Source: a virus. From it: a stretch of DNA of 41,494 bases. Location: the IMG/VR virus record IMGVR_UViG_3300045988_005695, one strand, 5' to 3'. Below the pieces are notes generated by a model. That model ran no database searches, had not been told where the DNA came from, and saw only the letters and a program-made list of their open reading frames with translations. The translations under genes and the position numbers were made by a program. Within the stretch, counting starts at the first letter, position 1. Every line of letters starts with the position of its first letter. Below, in pieces: positions 33,580 to 41,407 of the stretch.

Positions 33580-34135
33580 GTTTCCCCCCACGTTCTTTTC
33601 GGATTGCATAGAAAGTAATTGCCGAAGCCAGCGCTGAACCTACAATCAGGGCAATGCAACCCCATGCAGCTACGGACAAATCTCCGTCGCGAATGAGACC
33701 TACGCTCCGAATCTGTGCATCCGTCGCAAGGCAGGCAATCAGAGAAAAAGAGAGCAGCATACAAAACAGGGCGAGAACGTAACACATTGTATGTGTAGAC
33801 CTTATCTGTGCGCTCTGCGCGGCTGTTGTTGCCTCCAGCTTGGCGTTTTTGATCTCGACATGATGAATCTGCTTGGTCAGTTCTTCCGGGATTTCTGCGG
33901 GTTTGACAAGCCCGCACAGCTCATCCAGCGACAGCCCGAGAACGCGGCATAGCGCGGCAGAATTGTACAGTTTCGGGTCTTGCTGTGTTCCTGCGCAGAG
34001 CTTCGTCACAGCCGATCTGGAAACGCCGGATTCTTCGACAAGCCTGTCGATGGTGTAATGCTGATCTTCCTTCGCCCGCTTTATGTTCCTCTGATATGCA
34101 GAAAGATATGGGGCGAGTTCCTGAATCGCCGACAT
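33560..34135 (-). CDS. Membrane-anchored XRE-family HTH regulator
   Basis: TIDRLVEESGVSRSAVTKLCAG is an HTH. Two C-terminal TM segments. GGAGG RBS. Confidence 0.7.
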   Translation of the reverse strand: MSAIQELAPYLSAYQRNIKRAKEDQHYTIDRLVEESGVSRSAVTKLCAGTQQDPKLYNSAALCRVLGLSLDELCGLVKPAEIPEELTKQIHHVEIKNAKLEATTAAQSAQIRSTHTMCYVLALFCMLLSFSLIACLATDAQIRSVGLIRDGDLSVAAWGCIALIVGSALASAITFYAIRKERGGKHGVHQV

Positions 34136-34254
34136 GATATACCTCCATTTTCACATATATTTCGCTGATTCTTCTGCTATGGGTATGGTTTTACCAATTT
34201 GAGGGTGGACATTTCTACCCACTTTGCTATGCTGGTTACAGGCGCGTGAGAAAG

Positions 34255-34282
34255 CCCCACCGCCGGTGGAGCGACGGTGGGG
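34255..34282 (-). terminator. GC-rich hairpin, possible - strand terminator
   Basis: CCCCACCG ... CGGTGGGG. The - strand has only a short CTTTCTC tail. Confidence 0.3.
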
Positions 34283-34431
34283 CGATCTTAAACATTCCAT
34301 TATACAAAATAGTCTGTCCCATAATTGCCGCTTACGAGGGTTACCGGACGAAGAAAATACAAGGTGTTCTTTGTGGAAGATTCCAAATTGAAATTCTTGA
34401 ACAGACGTTCTAAAATATGGAGGTACACAAA

Positions 34432-34614
34432 ATGCAGAGCATCAATATTCGCTTTGAAAACGGGAAAGTAAACATCATCGTCGACGGCGCGCTGTTTCGG
34501 GATGTGCATAGTCTCAGCCTTGATTATATCAAGGGGCTGCCTATGCTATTTTCCTGCGTCTCAGATGTGGGTGAGGAGCATGACAAACGGCGGGAGCCGC
34601 GGATCCTGCACTAG
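34432..34614 (+). CDS. Small hypothetical protein
   Basis: GGAGG lies 8 nt upstream of the ATG at 34432. It is an isolated + strand ORF in the lysogeny module. Confidence 0.3.
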   Translation: MQSINIRFENGKVNIIVDGALFRDVHSLSLDYIKGLPMLFSCVSDVGEEHDKRREPRILH

Positions 34615-35303
34615 TCATAGTACTCCATGCGCATAGACGGTATTGTGACCTGGTTGCCAAGCACAGCAATATAAGTTTGCACGCCCTTGCATTCACCGTA
34701 GCACGTGATCTGATCGTTCTCCAAAATGCGGCTTTCTCCTTCTGGCCTTGAGTATGTTACATACCAGATCCCAAAAGGTGTTTGCACGCGAAGCGTGACG
34801 GAGTTCAGGAATCCCTCTTGAACTTCAATGACGGTTCCGCTTATTACAACTTTTCTCCCCTTGTAATCGTCCGGATCTCTTGAAATCGCGGAATAAGAAA
34901 GATCCTCACATTGCGCGATGTATTCTTCGCGAGATAGCTCTTTCGGCTTGTCTTCTTCGCTTGCAAGTACATACTCGGTGCCTGTGTTCTCCGTTTGCTT
35001 TTCGAGTTCGTTTTTTGGGTCATAGTTTTGCGACGAAGATGGAGATACCGAAATCATGCTTGATAAGCTGACAACACACAGAGCGCACAGAATCGCGACA
35101 AGCACTTTTCCGAGCGGGGACAACTTCTTTTTGTTTTTCGCTCCGCAAGCCGGGCAACGCTTTACCTTCGCGTTGATCTGCGCACCGCACGTCTTGCATA
35201 CGATTTTTCTGTTCAGAGTCTGACAGTACGGGCAGAATTTCTCTCTTTCGTCAAACTCTTCCCCGCACCGCGGGCAGGTTACGTGATAGATCTGCTTCTG
35301 CAT
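34611..35303 (-). CDS. Zinc-ribbon / single-TM membrane protein with an extracytoplasmic domain (candidate superinfection exclusion)
   Basis: CPRCG..CPYC..CKTCG..CPACG, then TM LGKVLVAILCALCVVSLSSMI, then a beta-rich domain. GGAGGG RBS. AT-richer than the flanking DNA. Confidence 0.6.
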   Translation of the reverse strand: MQKQIYHVTCPRCGEEFDEREKFCPYCQTLNRKIVCKTCGAQINAKVKRCPACGAKNKKKLSPLGKVLVAILCALCVVSLSSMISVSPSSSQNYDPKNELEKQTENTGTEYVLASEEDKPKELSREEYIAQCEDLSYSAISRDPDDYKGRKVVISGTVIEVQEGFLNSVTLRVQTPFGIWYVTYSRPEGESRILENDQITCYGECKGVQTYIAVLGNQVTIPSMRMEYYD

Positions 35304-35325
35304 ACAACATCGCCCTCCATATATT

Positions 35326-35352
35326 TTGGTAATACTTGTATGGTATCACCAA
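35326..35352. promoter_or_regulatory. Inverted repeat TTGGTAATAC-N7-GTATCACCAA upstream of the 35303 gene
   Basis: 9 of 10 arm positions are complementary. It lies 23-49 nt upstream of the start codon on the - strand. Confidence 0.3.
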
Positions 35353-35427
35353 AACGAAACAGCCGCAATGCCGAACATGCACAAAAATAGACGTTGAAAT
35401 TTGGAAGCTTGGAGATAGGAGTCTAAA

Positions 35428-35592
35428 ATGGTAGATAATTTGCAGGAAATGTGCTACAATAAAAGTGAAGAAATAACGCTAACAGATAGCGATTTTCGGT
35501 ACTTATTAGATCTTACAGTCGACGAGAGGCGGCAGCTTATTAAAATGTGGAAGGAGCGAAACAATGTTTCTGAGCAGAGAAAAGTACGATAA
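35428..35592 (+). CDS. Small hypothetical protein (54 aa)
   Basis: AGGAG RBS, then the ATG at 35428. Confidence 0.3.
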   Translation: MVDNLQEMCYNKSEEITLTDSDFRYLLDLTVDERRQLIKMWKERNNVSEQRKVR

Positions 35593-35809
35593 CATTATGT
35601 TGCAGCTGAGCAGAATCAGAACTGAAATTTCTACAAAAGATGAGTGCGGAGAAGCGTGCCGGATGTGCGAACACGCGATCGGCGCGACCAGCCCCGGCGG
35701 CGACATCGTGCTTGTTTGCAAAAAAAAGCTTAAAGCAGTTTGCAGCGACTTTAGCCCTCGGATCCTGACAGACATTTGTTCAGGAAATTCCAGAAATGTT
35801 CAGACGTAA
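35564..35809 (+). CDS. Small Cys-containing hypothetical protein
   Basis: GGAAGGAG RBS lies 7 nt upstream of the ATG. Confidence 0.35.
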   Translation: MFLSREKYDNIMLQLSRIRTEISTKDECGEACRMCEHAIGATSPGGDIVLVCKKKLKAVCSDFSPRILTDICSGNSRNVQT

Positions 35810-36140
35810 GCAGCCCGAGCAGGAATGAGATTATTGCAATCACTAGGTCGTGGATGCGCCTAGTCCTTGCGGACTTCTTGCGCTGATCAATATACGCCAA
35901 GTAGTCCTTCCCGCGTTCTTCTATTCCAATTGCGCAGGACGCGCCAAACGATAACACAGGGACACCATCTTTGCTGGGGATTGGGTGCAGATTTGCAAGT
36001 CCAAAATGTTTCAGCCTATTTGCGGTCTGGAAAATATCATCCGTCGCAAATATTCTGCTATCTGCCAACGCTTTAAGCATTTTTCTTTCATCTTTGTTTA
36101 ATTCGATTTCCGAAAACGGAAGGTTGCTTGCATCATCCAT
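35751..36140 (-). CDS. Hypothetical protein with C-terminal TM segment, co-transcribed with the repressor
   Basis: The start overlaps the repressor stop by 8 nt. HDLVIAIISFLLGLLT is a TM segment. Confidence 0.5.
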   Translation of the reverse strand: MDDASNLPFSEIELNKDERKMLKALADSRIFATDDIFQTANRLKHFGLANLHPIPSKDGVPVLSFGASCAIGIEERGKDYLAYIDQRKKSARTRRIHDLVIAIISFLLGLLTSEHFWNFLNKCLSGSEG

Positions 36141-36483
36141 TCTGCTTTCTCCGGTTCTTTAGCATACGCGCCATTTCGAGCAAATCACGGCGCTCATTTT
36201 CATCCGCAGAATTCCAGATCTCACGGAGTTCTGCGGCTTCTTTATCTTCTCCACTCAGCGTCCCGCCCTCGGCGGGGCGCTCTTTTTTTATGCCTTTGCC
36301 CATCAGTTCTTCTACTGTTACGCCGAAGTAGTTTGCTACTTTCATCGCCGTTGCATATCTCGGCTTGACACCGGACTTCCATCTAGTAACGGATGGTTTC
36401 CCAATCTTCAACTCGATAGCCACAGCGGACGGCGATTTATTGATCTGGTTGCACAGCTGTACATAGTTTTCGTAAAAAGTCAC
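36133..36483 (-). CDS. CI-like XRE-family HTH repressor
   Basis: AGGGAGGGA RBS, then the GTG at 36483. SPSAVAIELKIGKPSVTRWKSG is an HTH. The ORF maximum extends to 36537. Confidence 0.7.
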   Translation of the reverse strand: MTFYENYVQLCNQINKSPSAVAIELKIGKPSVTRWKSGVKPRYATAMKVANYFGVTVEELMGKGIKKERPAEGGTLSGEDKEAAELREIWNSADENERRDLLEMARMLKNRRKQNG

Positions 36484-36543
36484 AGTAAATCCCTCCCTAT
36501 TTTGTGCAATACATAGAAAGGTTTCTTTTGTTATCACAACGCC

Positions 36544-36572
36544 TTGACAGTTACGTTTGTTAACGCTATAAT
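36544..36572 (+). promoter_or_regulatory. Consensus sigma-70-type promoter (rightward, lytic)
   Basis: TTGACA, a 17-nt spacer, then TATAAT. This is an exact match to the consensus. Confidence 0.6.
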
Positions 36573-36658
36573 GACACTACAAGTTGCATATGGTAACACA
36601 AAACCAGACCCCAGCGAAACCGCTCGTGTCAAAAAGTTGTTATGTATCTCGCAAATCC

Positions 36659-36687
36659 ATAATAACACAATGTGTTAACGTTTGCAA
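36659..36687 (-). promoter_or_regulatory. Candidate leftward promoter for the repressor operon
   Basis: On the - strand: TTGCAA, a 17-nt spacer, then TATTAT. Confidence 0.4.
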
Positions 36688-37081
36688 CCTTGAATTTCAA
36701 AAGTTGACTGCGGCGAAAAGAAAAGCCGCCCGTGGTTCGTTCACGAGCGGTTTCCCCCAGAGTTGCTTACCAGAACGCGCTGCACAGGATGGCCGTATGC
36801 GTTACCTTGCATCCGTCCGAATTGATGGAGTTCCTTCCATCGGCTCGGCAATGCCACCCTGACACAAAACGAACTTGCGCTTCTATGACGCGCCGCTCAC
36901 TTTGGCAGTTCTGGCGCTGCCCCTTGCCCTAACGCATTACGCCGTTTCTTTGGTCTGGAACTGGCAAGTTCAAAAGTTTGGTCGTGGCAACCACCTCCTG
37001 AATTTACCTAAAAGGGCTAATGGCAGTATAGCACGTCCGGGGCGTTGCAGTCAACAATTTTAACAGAATGGAGGTGTGTAT

Positions 37082-37282
37082 ATGCCTGAAAAATGGACAG
37101 GCGTACTGATCGGGAAAATGCACAATGCGCGTGTTTCATACGACGATCTTGCCGCAGAGCTTGGACTTACAAAAGGCTATCTGTCCATGATCTTGAACGG
37201 GAAAAGAAATCCGCCGGGCGCGAGGAAGCGCTTGGAAGACGCGGTTAAGGCCGTGATCGAACGCAGAAGGGAGGAAAAATGA
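37082..37282 (+). CDS. Cro-like HTH protein
   Basis: GGAGG RBS, then the ATG at 37082. YDDLAAELGLTKGYLSMILNGKR is an HTH. Confidence 0.6.
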   Translation: MPEKWTGVLIGKMHNARVSYDDLAAELGLTKGYLSMILNGKRNPPGARKRLEDAVKAVIERRREEK

Positions 37283-37485
37283 CGCTGGACGATATCCGGG
37301 CAATGTCAAAGCCTACGATCCTCGCAAGCGAAGCGGCACAGGTGCTCGGCTGCGATCCGCAGTGGATCCGCCTAATGGCGCGGGAGCGGCCTGAAAAGCT
37401 GGGCTTCCCGGTCTGCTGCACAAGCAAGCACAGAGTGAAGATCCCGAGAGAACCATTCATTAAATTTGTTGGAGGAGAGCTATGA
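37279..37485 (+). CDS. Excisionase-type / MerR-like HTH DNA-binding protein
   Basis: EAAQVLGCDPQWIRLMARE...GFPV...RVKIPREPFIKF. Confidence 0.5.
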   Translation: MTLDDIRAMSKPTILASEAAQVLGCDPQWIRLMARERPEKLGFPVCCTSKHRVKIPREPFIKFVGGEL

Positions 37486-37694
37486 GAGAGGAAACCACTG
37501 AAGAGCGTCAGGAACGGCTGTGGGACGAGCTGCAGTACCGCAAGACAATGCTGCGCGTGATCAAGAGTATGTGCCTGTGGATCGGCGGTGCGGCGCTGAT
37601 GCTGTCCGTGCTGGCCTGCGGGGCGGACATGACAAATGAAGCAGTCGTGACCGGCGCGATCGCGCTGGGGACAACGCTGTTCGGGCTGCTGTGA
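37482..37694 (+). CDS. Small membrane protein
   Basis: Two hydrophobic segments. Coupled start. Confidence 0.45.
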   Translation: MREETTEERQERLWDELQYRKTMLRVIKSMCLWIGGAALMLSVLACGADMTNEAVVTGAIALGTTLFGLL

Positions 37695-37876
37695 TGGACA
37701 TCAAAGAAAAGGCGCTGCTGATGACGCCTTGCGAGGTCTGCGAGATACTGGGCCAGAAGCGCGGATGCCGCCCGGAAGACGACTGCTACACCTGCGGCAT
37801 TTACGCCGAGATCATGTTTGCGCAGTGGGACGCGACCTGCAGGCTTATCCGGGAGCGCACGGGCAAAAAGAAATGA
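37691..37876 (+). CDS. Small hypothetical protein
   Basis: Coupled start. Confidence 0.4.
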   Translation: MMDIKEKALLMTPCEVCEILGQKRGCRPEDDCYTCGIYAEIMFAQWDATCRLIRERTGKKK

Positions 37877-37956
37877 CCCCTGCCGCGCTGCAACGCGACA
37901 GAGGCCGAAATGAAAGGACATTATGTCGGCTTCTATTATAAGCCAGAAAGGAACCT

Positions 37957-38298
37957 ATGTCAAGTTTAACGGATTCCCGCGTCCGGCACGGCGCGAAAGC
38001 CTGTGTCGAGGCGGTTCGGGCCGACTACCCGAAGTTCAACAAATGCCTGCTTTCGCAGTGCGAAGCGCCGGAGAAATACGGCGTTCAGCTCGTGCCGGAG
38101 GCTGCGGCCTCCATCAAGGCGCTGGACGCGCCGAAGAACCGCGTTGAGCGCAGGAAGAAGACGAACCGGTATTATTTCCGGCTGACGGACGCGCAGGCGA
38201 AGCAGCTGGACAGGCTTCTGAAAAAGCTAGGCTATTCTACGGTTCAGAGCTTCTGTGAAGCGCTGATCCGCCAGGAGGTGAGCCGGAATGGCGTATGA
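37957..38298 (+). CDS. Hypothetical protein
   Basis: AAAGGA RBS. ORF in the operon. Confidence 0.45.
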   Translation: MSSLTDSRVRHGAKACVEAVRADYPKFNKCLLSQCEAPEKYGVQLVPEAAASIKALDAPKNRVERRKKTNRYYFRLTDAQAKQLDRLLKKLGYSTVQSFCEALIRQEVSRNGV

Positions 38299-38422
38299 TG
38301 GCGAAAATCTGTACTTGAGCATTCCGGAGCCGGAGTACGAGCCGGACGAGCCGGAGGACGAAGATCGTTATTTATTCCCGCCGCTGTGGCTGGTGGGAAA
38401 GATGAAACAGGAGGAAGGATAA
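38288..38422 (+). CDS. Small highly acidic peptide (44 aa)
   Basis: Overlaps the upstream stop and ends 1 nt before the next start. EPEYEPDEPEDED. Confidence 0.25.
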   Translation: MAYDGENLYLSIPEPEYEPDEPEDEDRYLFPPLWLVGKMKQEEG

Positions 38423-38423
38423 A

Positions 38424-39383
38424 ATGGCAATCAAGAAACCCGCTGAACTGGATTTCAGCAACAAGAAATTCATGTGCATCATTTCCGGACAGCCCGGATT
38501 AGGAAAGACGACGCTGGCCCTTTCGGCCCCGAAACCGTTTTTGTTTGACACAGATAACGGCATTGCCCGTGTCAGGCCGGAGCAGCGCGGCGTGACCTCC
38601 GTTGTGGAATCCTACGAGGAAATGCTTGGCGATATGGATTCCGACGAATACAAGGCGGCTGAATCCGTTGTAATCGATACCGGCGGCATGCTGGTGCAGC
38701 TGATGAAGGATTGGGCGAAGAAGCAGGACAGCAAGGCCGCAAAGGATGGCCGCGCGATGTACGGCGTGATCAAATCCGAGTTCGACCGGCTGTGTTATCA
38801 GATCCGCGCAAAAGACCGGAAGCATTTGATCGTGGTGTTCCACACGACGGAACAGCAGAAGGGCGACACCATCCAGACACGCCTGTCCTGCGAGGGCGGC
38901 GCAAAGGATATCGTTTGGACGCCTGCGGACTTTGGCGGCTATATGTTCATGATGGGAAACAAGCGCATGATCGGCTTTACACCGACAGACGAATACTTTG
39001 CAAAAGGCTGCTTCGGTGTGCGCGGCGTGATGCAGCTGCCGGAGCTCAAGCCCGGCCAGAAGTCCACATTTTTGACGGATTTGTTCCGCAAAGCGCAAGA
39101 GGACATCAACGCACAGGCCGAGATCTATAGCGGCGAGAAAACCGCATATGACGTGGCGATGCAGGAAGGCCGCGCGTTCATTGCGCTTGTCGGAGATCCC
39201 GACACGGCGTTAAAGGCGCGGGAAGGGCTGGCAAAGATCCATCACGCTCTGACTAGCGCCGCCGAGCTTGGAACAGAGTTCAAGCGCAAGTGCAAGAAAC
39301 TCGGTCTGAAATACGATAAGGAGATAAAAGCCTATGTATTGGCTGACACAAAGCCTGCTGAGCAGCTGGAAGCACTTTCTTGA
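38424..39383 (+). CDS. Sak4-like / AAA_24 RecA-fold ATPase (recombination)
   Basis: Walker A GQPGLGKT and a Walker B-like VVIDTGG. Confidence 0.7.
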   Translation: MAIKKPAELDFSNKKFMCIISGQPGLGKTTLALSAPKPFLFDTDNGIARVRPEQRGVTSVVESYEEMLGDMDSDEYKAAESVVIDTGGMLVQLMKDWAKKQDSKAAKDGRAMYGVIKSEFDRLCYQIRAKDRKHLIVVFHTTEQQKGDTIQTRLSCEGGAKDIVWTPADFGGYMFMMGNKRMIGFTPTDEYFAKGCFGVRGVMQLPELKPGQKSTFLTDLFRKAQEDINAQAEIYSGEKTAYDVAMQEGRAFIALVGDPDTALKAREGLAKIHHALTSAAELGTEFKRKCKKLGLKYDKEIKAYVLADTKPAEQLEALS

Positions 39384-39963
39384 TGCGGATGATGCGTATG
39401 CAGACGCGGCGCTGTCCTCCTTCCTCTCTACGCTTCGGCGTGAAGAGAAGGAGACAACGCAGGCGATGCAGGCTGGCATTGACTTCGAGGCGGCGATCAA
39501 CAGCACGGTTGCGGGCATACCAATTGAGCCTGTCAGCGAGAAATACGACCGGGCTGTAGCAAAGTTTTCCCGTATCTGTACAGGAGGTCAACCGCAAGTG
39601 CCGGTTGCCGGGCGGCTTCGTATGGCGGGCTTGGATTTTCAGCTATACGGCGTATGCGACTATGTAAAGGCTGGTGTGATCTACGATATCAAGCGTGTAC
39701 AGCGGTACGAATACGGCAAGTACCTGCACAGCCCGCAGCATCCGATGTATCTGCATCTGCTGCCCGGCGCGTCAAAATTTACATACCTGATCTTCGACGG
39801 CGCGAACACTTACGCGGAAACGTACCGGCGCGGCGATTTCGAGCCTATCGAAGATACGATTTCATGCTTTATCAACTGGCTTTTGGCAAACGGTTATATC
39901 AACGATTATTTTACACATTGGGAAATGAACACTGAAAGGATGGACAAGATAGATGGGATTTAA
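39334..39963 (+). CDS. PD-(D/E)XK nuclease-like protein
   Basis: GVCDYV ... IYDIKR resembles the D...(D/E)xK core. It sits between the ATPase and the SSB. Confidence 0.5.
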   Translation: MYWLTQSLLSSWKHFLDADDAYADAALSSFLSTLRREEKETTQAMQAGIDFEAAINSTVAGIPIEPVSEKYDRAVAKFSRICTGGQPQVPVAGRLRMAGLDFQLYGVCDYVKAGVIYDIKRVQRYEYGKYLHSPQHPMYLHLLPGASKFTYLIFDGANTYAETYRRGDFEPIEDTISCFINWLLANGYINDYFTHWEMNTERMDKIDGI

Positions 39964-40408
39964 AGCAGTAAAGAATGATGGCGGTCTGATGAAGGCTGGC
40001 GATTATGAGTGCTATTTGAAATCGTGCGGCTACGGCGTAACGAAGAACGGAAACGAATGCATCAAGTTCGATTTCGTTGTCCGTGAGGACGTCGAGCAGG
40101 AATACCAGAAGAAGCACATCTTCAAGAACTTCTGGCCCGACCGCGACACTGGGGAGTACGACGCCGACAAGATCGGCAAATATGCAAACGCGCTTGGCAT
40201 TGAGCCGGGCACCGATTTTGAACTTGACGATCTGGTAGGCCGCAACTGCATTTTGCACATGGAGCCGTTTGAGGGCAATGACGGTGTAACGCGCGACTGT
40301 ATCCGGTATCTCAAGCCCAGCAAGGCAGACTCCTTTGTAACGCCCGCACCGGCCAGCGCAGAGGAGTTCAAACAGCTTGACGAAGGCGATGACGAGCTGC
40401 CGTTCTGA
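39953..40408 (+). CDS. DUF669-type single-stranded DNA-binding protein
   Basis: The C-terminal acidic tip EGDDELPF is typical of SSB tails. Position after the Sak4-like gene. Confidence 0.6.
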   Translation: MGFKAVKNDGGLMKAGDYECYLKSCGYGVTKNGNECIKFDFVVREDVEQEYQKKHIFKNFWPDRDTGEYDADKIGKYANALGIEPGTDFELDDLVGRNCILHMEPFEGNDGVTRDCIRYLKPSKADSFVTPAPASAEEFKQLDEGDDELPF

Positions 40409-40418
40409 GGGCTGAAAT

Positions 40419-41240
40419 ATGCCGAACAGAATTATTCGGGAAAGCATCTGCACAAGCGATAGCGTCGACAAACTCTCGTGGTTTGAAGAAGTTCTGTTTT
40501 ATCGGCTCATTGTAAACTGTGATGATTTCGGACGCTTTGACGGGAGAGCGGCGGTAGTGAAAAACCGCCTCTTCCCGCTGAAAGAAAACCTCACGCTCAA
40601 AACTGTAGAAAATGCTCTTCATGGGCTGGCGAGTGCTGGATTGATTGCTCTGTATGTGTTTGAGGGCAAGCGCTTCCTTTACCTACCAACATGGGGCAAG
40701 TATCAGACGCAGCGTGCGAAGGTAAGCAAATTCCCGTCGCCTGATGAAGGGAAACAAGCGGATGAAATCATTTGCAAGCAAATGCGTGCAGATGTTCCCG
40801 TATTCGAGAATCGAGAATCGAGAATCGAATTCGCTATTCGAGATGCGGAAGATAGCGCGGAGCCGCAAGCGGCATCCACGCCGCCAGCAATCTCTCTGCC
40901 GCTGAATGATGGAACGGGATATTCCGTTTCCGTGGAGCAATGCCAGGAATGGGCGGGCTTGTACCCTGCTGTCGACGTGATACAGCAGCTGCGAAACATG
41001 AGGGGCTGGTTGGACGCAAATCCGGCCAAACGGAAAACAAAGCGCGGGATCAATGCGTTTATTGTCCGCTGGCTGGCGAAGGAGCAGGACAAGGGTGGGG
41101 CGGCCGTGAACAGGGCGATGGGGCCTATATCGAAGGGCGCTGCTCGGATGCAACATGGCGTACAGTGCCACGGGGATGAGTTAGACGCATACCAGCTAGC
41201 CGCAATTGGGAAAATGCTGAACGAGGAGGACGAATTGTGA
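40419..41240 (+). CDS. Replisome organiser / DnaD-domain-like replication initiation protein
   Basis: N-terminus LSWFEEVLFYRLIVNCDDFGRFDG matches the phage replisome-organiser pattern. The gene contains internal iteron-like repeats. Confidence 0.65.
   Translation: MPNRIIRESICTSDSVDKLSWFEEVLFYRLIVNCDDFGRFDGRAAVVKNRLFPLKENLTLKTVENALHGLASAGLIALYVFEGKRFLYLPTWGKYQTQRAKVSKFPSPDEGKQADEIICKQMRADVPVFENRESRIEFAIRDAEDSAEPQAASTPPAISLPLNDGTGYSVSVEQCQEWAGLYPAVDVIQQLRNMRGWLDANPAKRKTKRGINAFIVRWLAKEQDKGGAAVNRAMGPISKGAARMQHGVQCHGDELDAYQLAAIGKMLNEEDEL
40804..40831. repeat. Tandem 7-bp repeats (TCGAGAA x3 plus a degenerate copy), candidate ori iterons
   Basis: Read directly from the sequence. TATTCGAGA also recurs at 40801 and 40835. 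Confidence 0.8.
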
Positions 41241-41407
41241 GATTTGTTTGCGATTGCTGCAACGATCTAACGAACATCGAGGCCGACCGGATGGAGATCC
41301 AGGGTGACAAGCTGATGGTGTACAGCCGCGGGCGGCTGGTGTACGTGGCGGATCTGGGCCAGATCATGCTGGCGAAGCTGACGCCGGGGAGGGAGGAGGC
41401 AAGATGA
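41237..41407 (+). CDS. Small hypothetical protein (56 aa) whose 3' end is duplicated inside the MTase gene
   Basis: GTGA-coupled GTG start. It ends in ATGA at the MTase start. The C-terminus VADLGQIMLAKLTPGRE also occurs at the MTase C-terminus. Confidence 0.4.
   Translation: MRFVCDCCNDLTNIEADRMEIQGDKLMVYSRGRLVYVADLGQIMLAKLTPGREEAR
41344..41402. repeat. Direct repeat copy B (partner at 635-694)
   Basis: See copy A. Confidence 0.9.

Noticed and set aside
34388-34416. Promoter-like TTGAAA-17-TAAAAT upstream of the small ORF at 34432.
   Set aside because: The predicted start site would fall inside or after the GGAGG RBS. The promoter and the ORF call are therefore mutually inconsistent, and I did not assert either strongly.
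36584-37063. Three overlapping + strand ORFs (36584-36862, 36732-36932, 36875-37063) in the switch-region gap.
   Set aside because: They have no RBS, use a non-ATG or weak start, are in mutually overlapping frames, and have odd composition. I treated the region as a non-coding leader.
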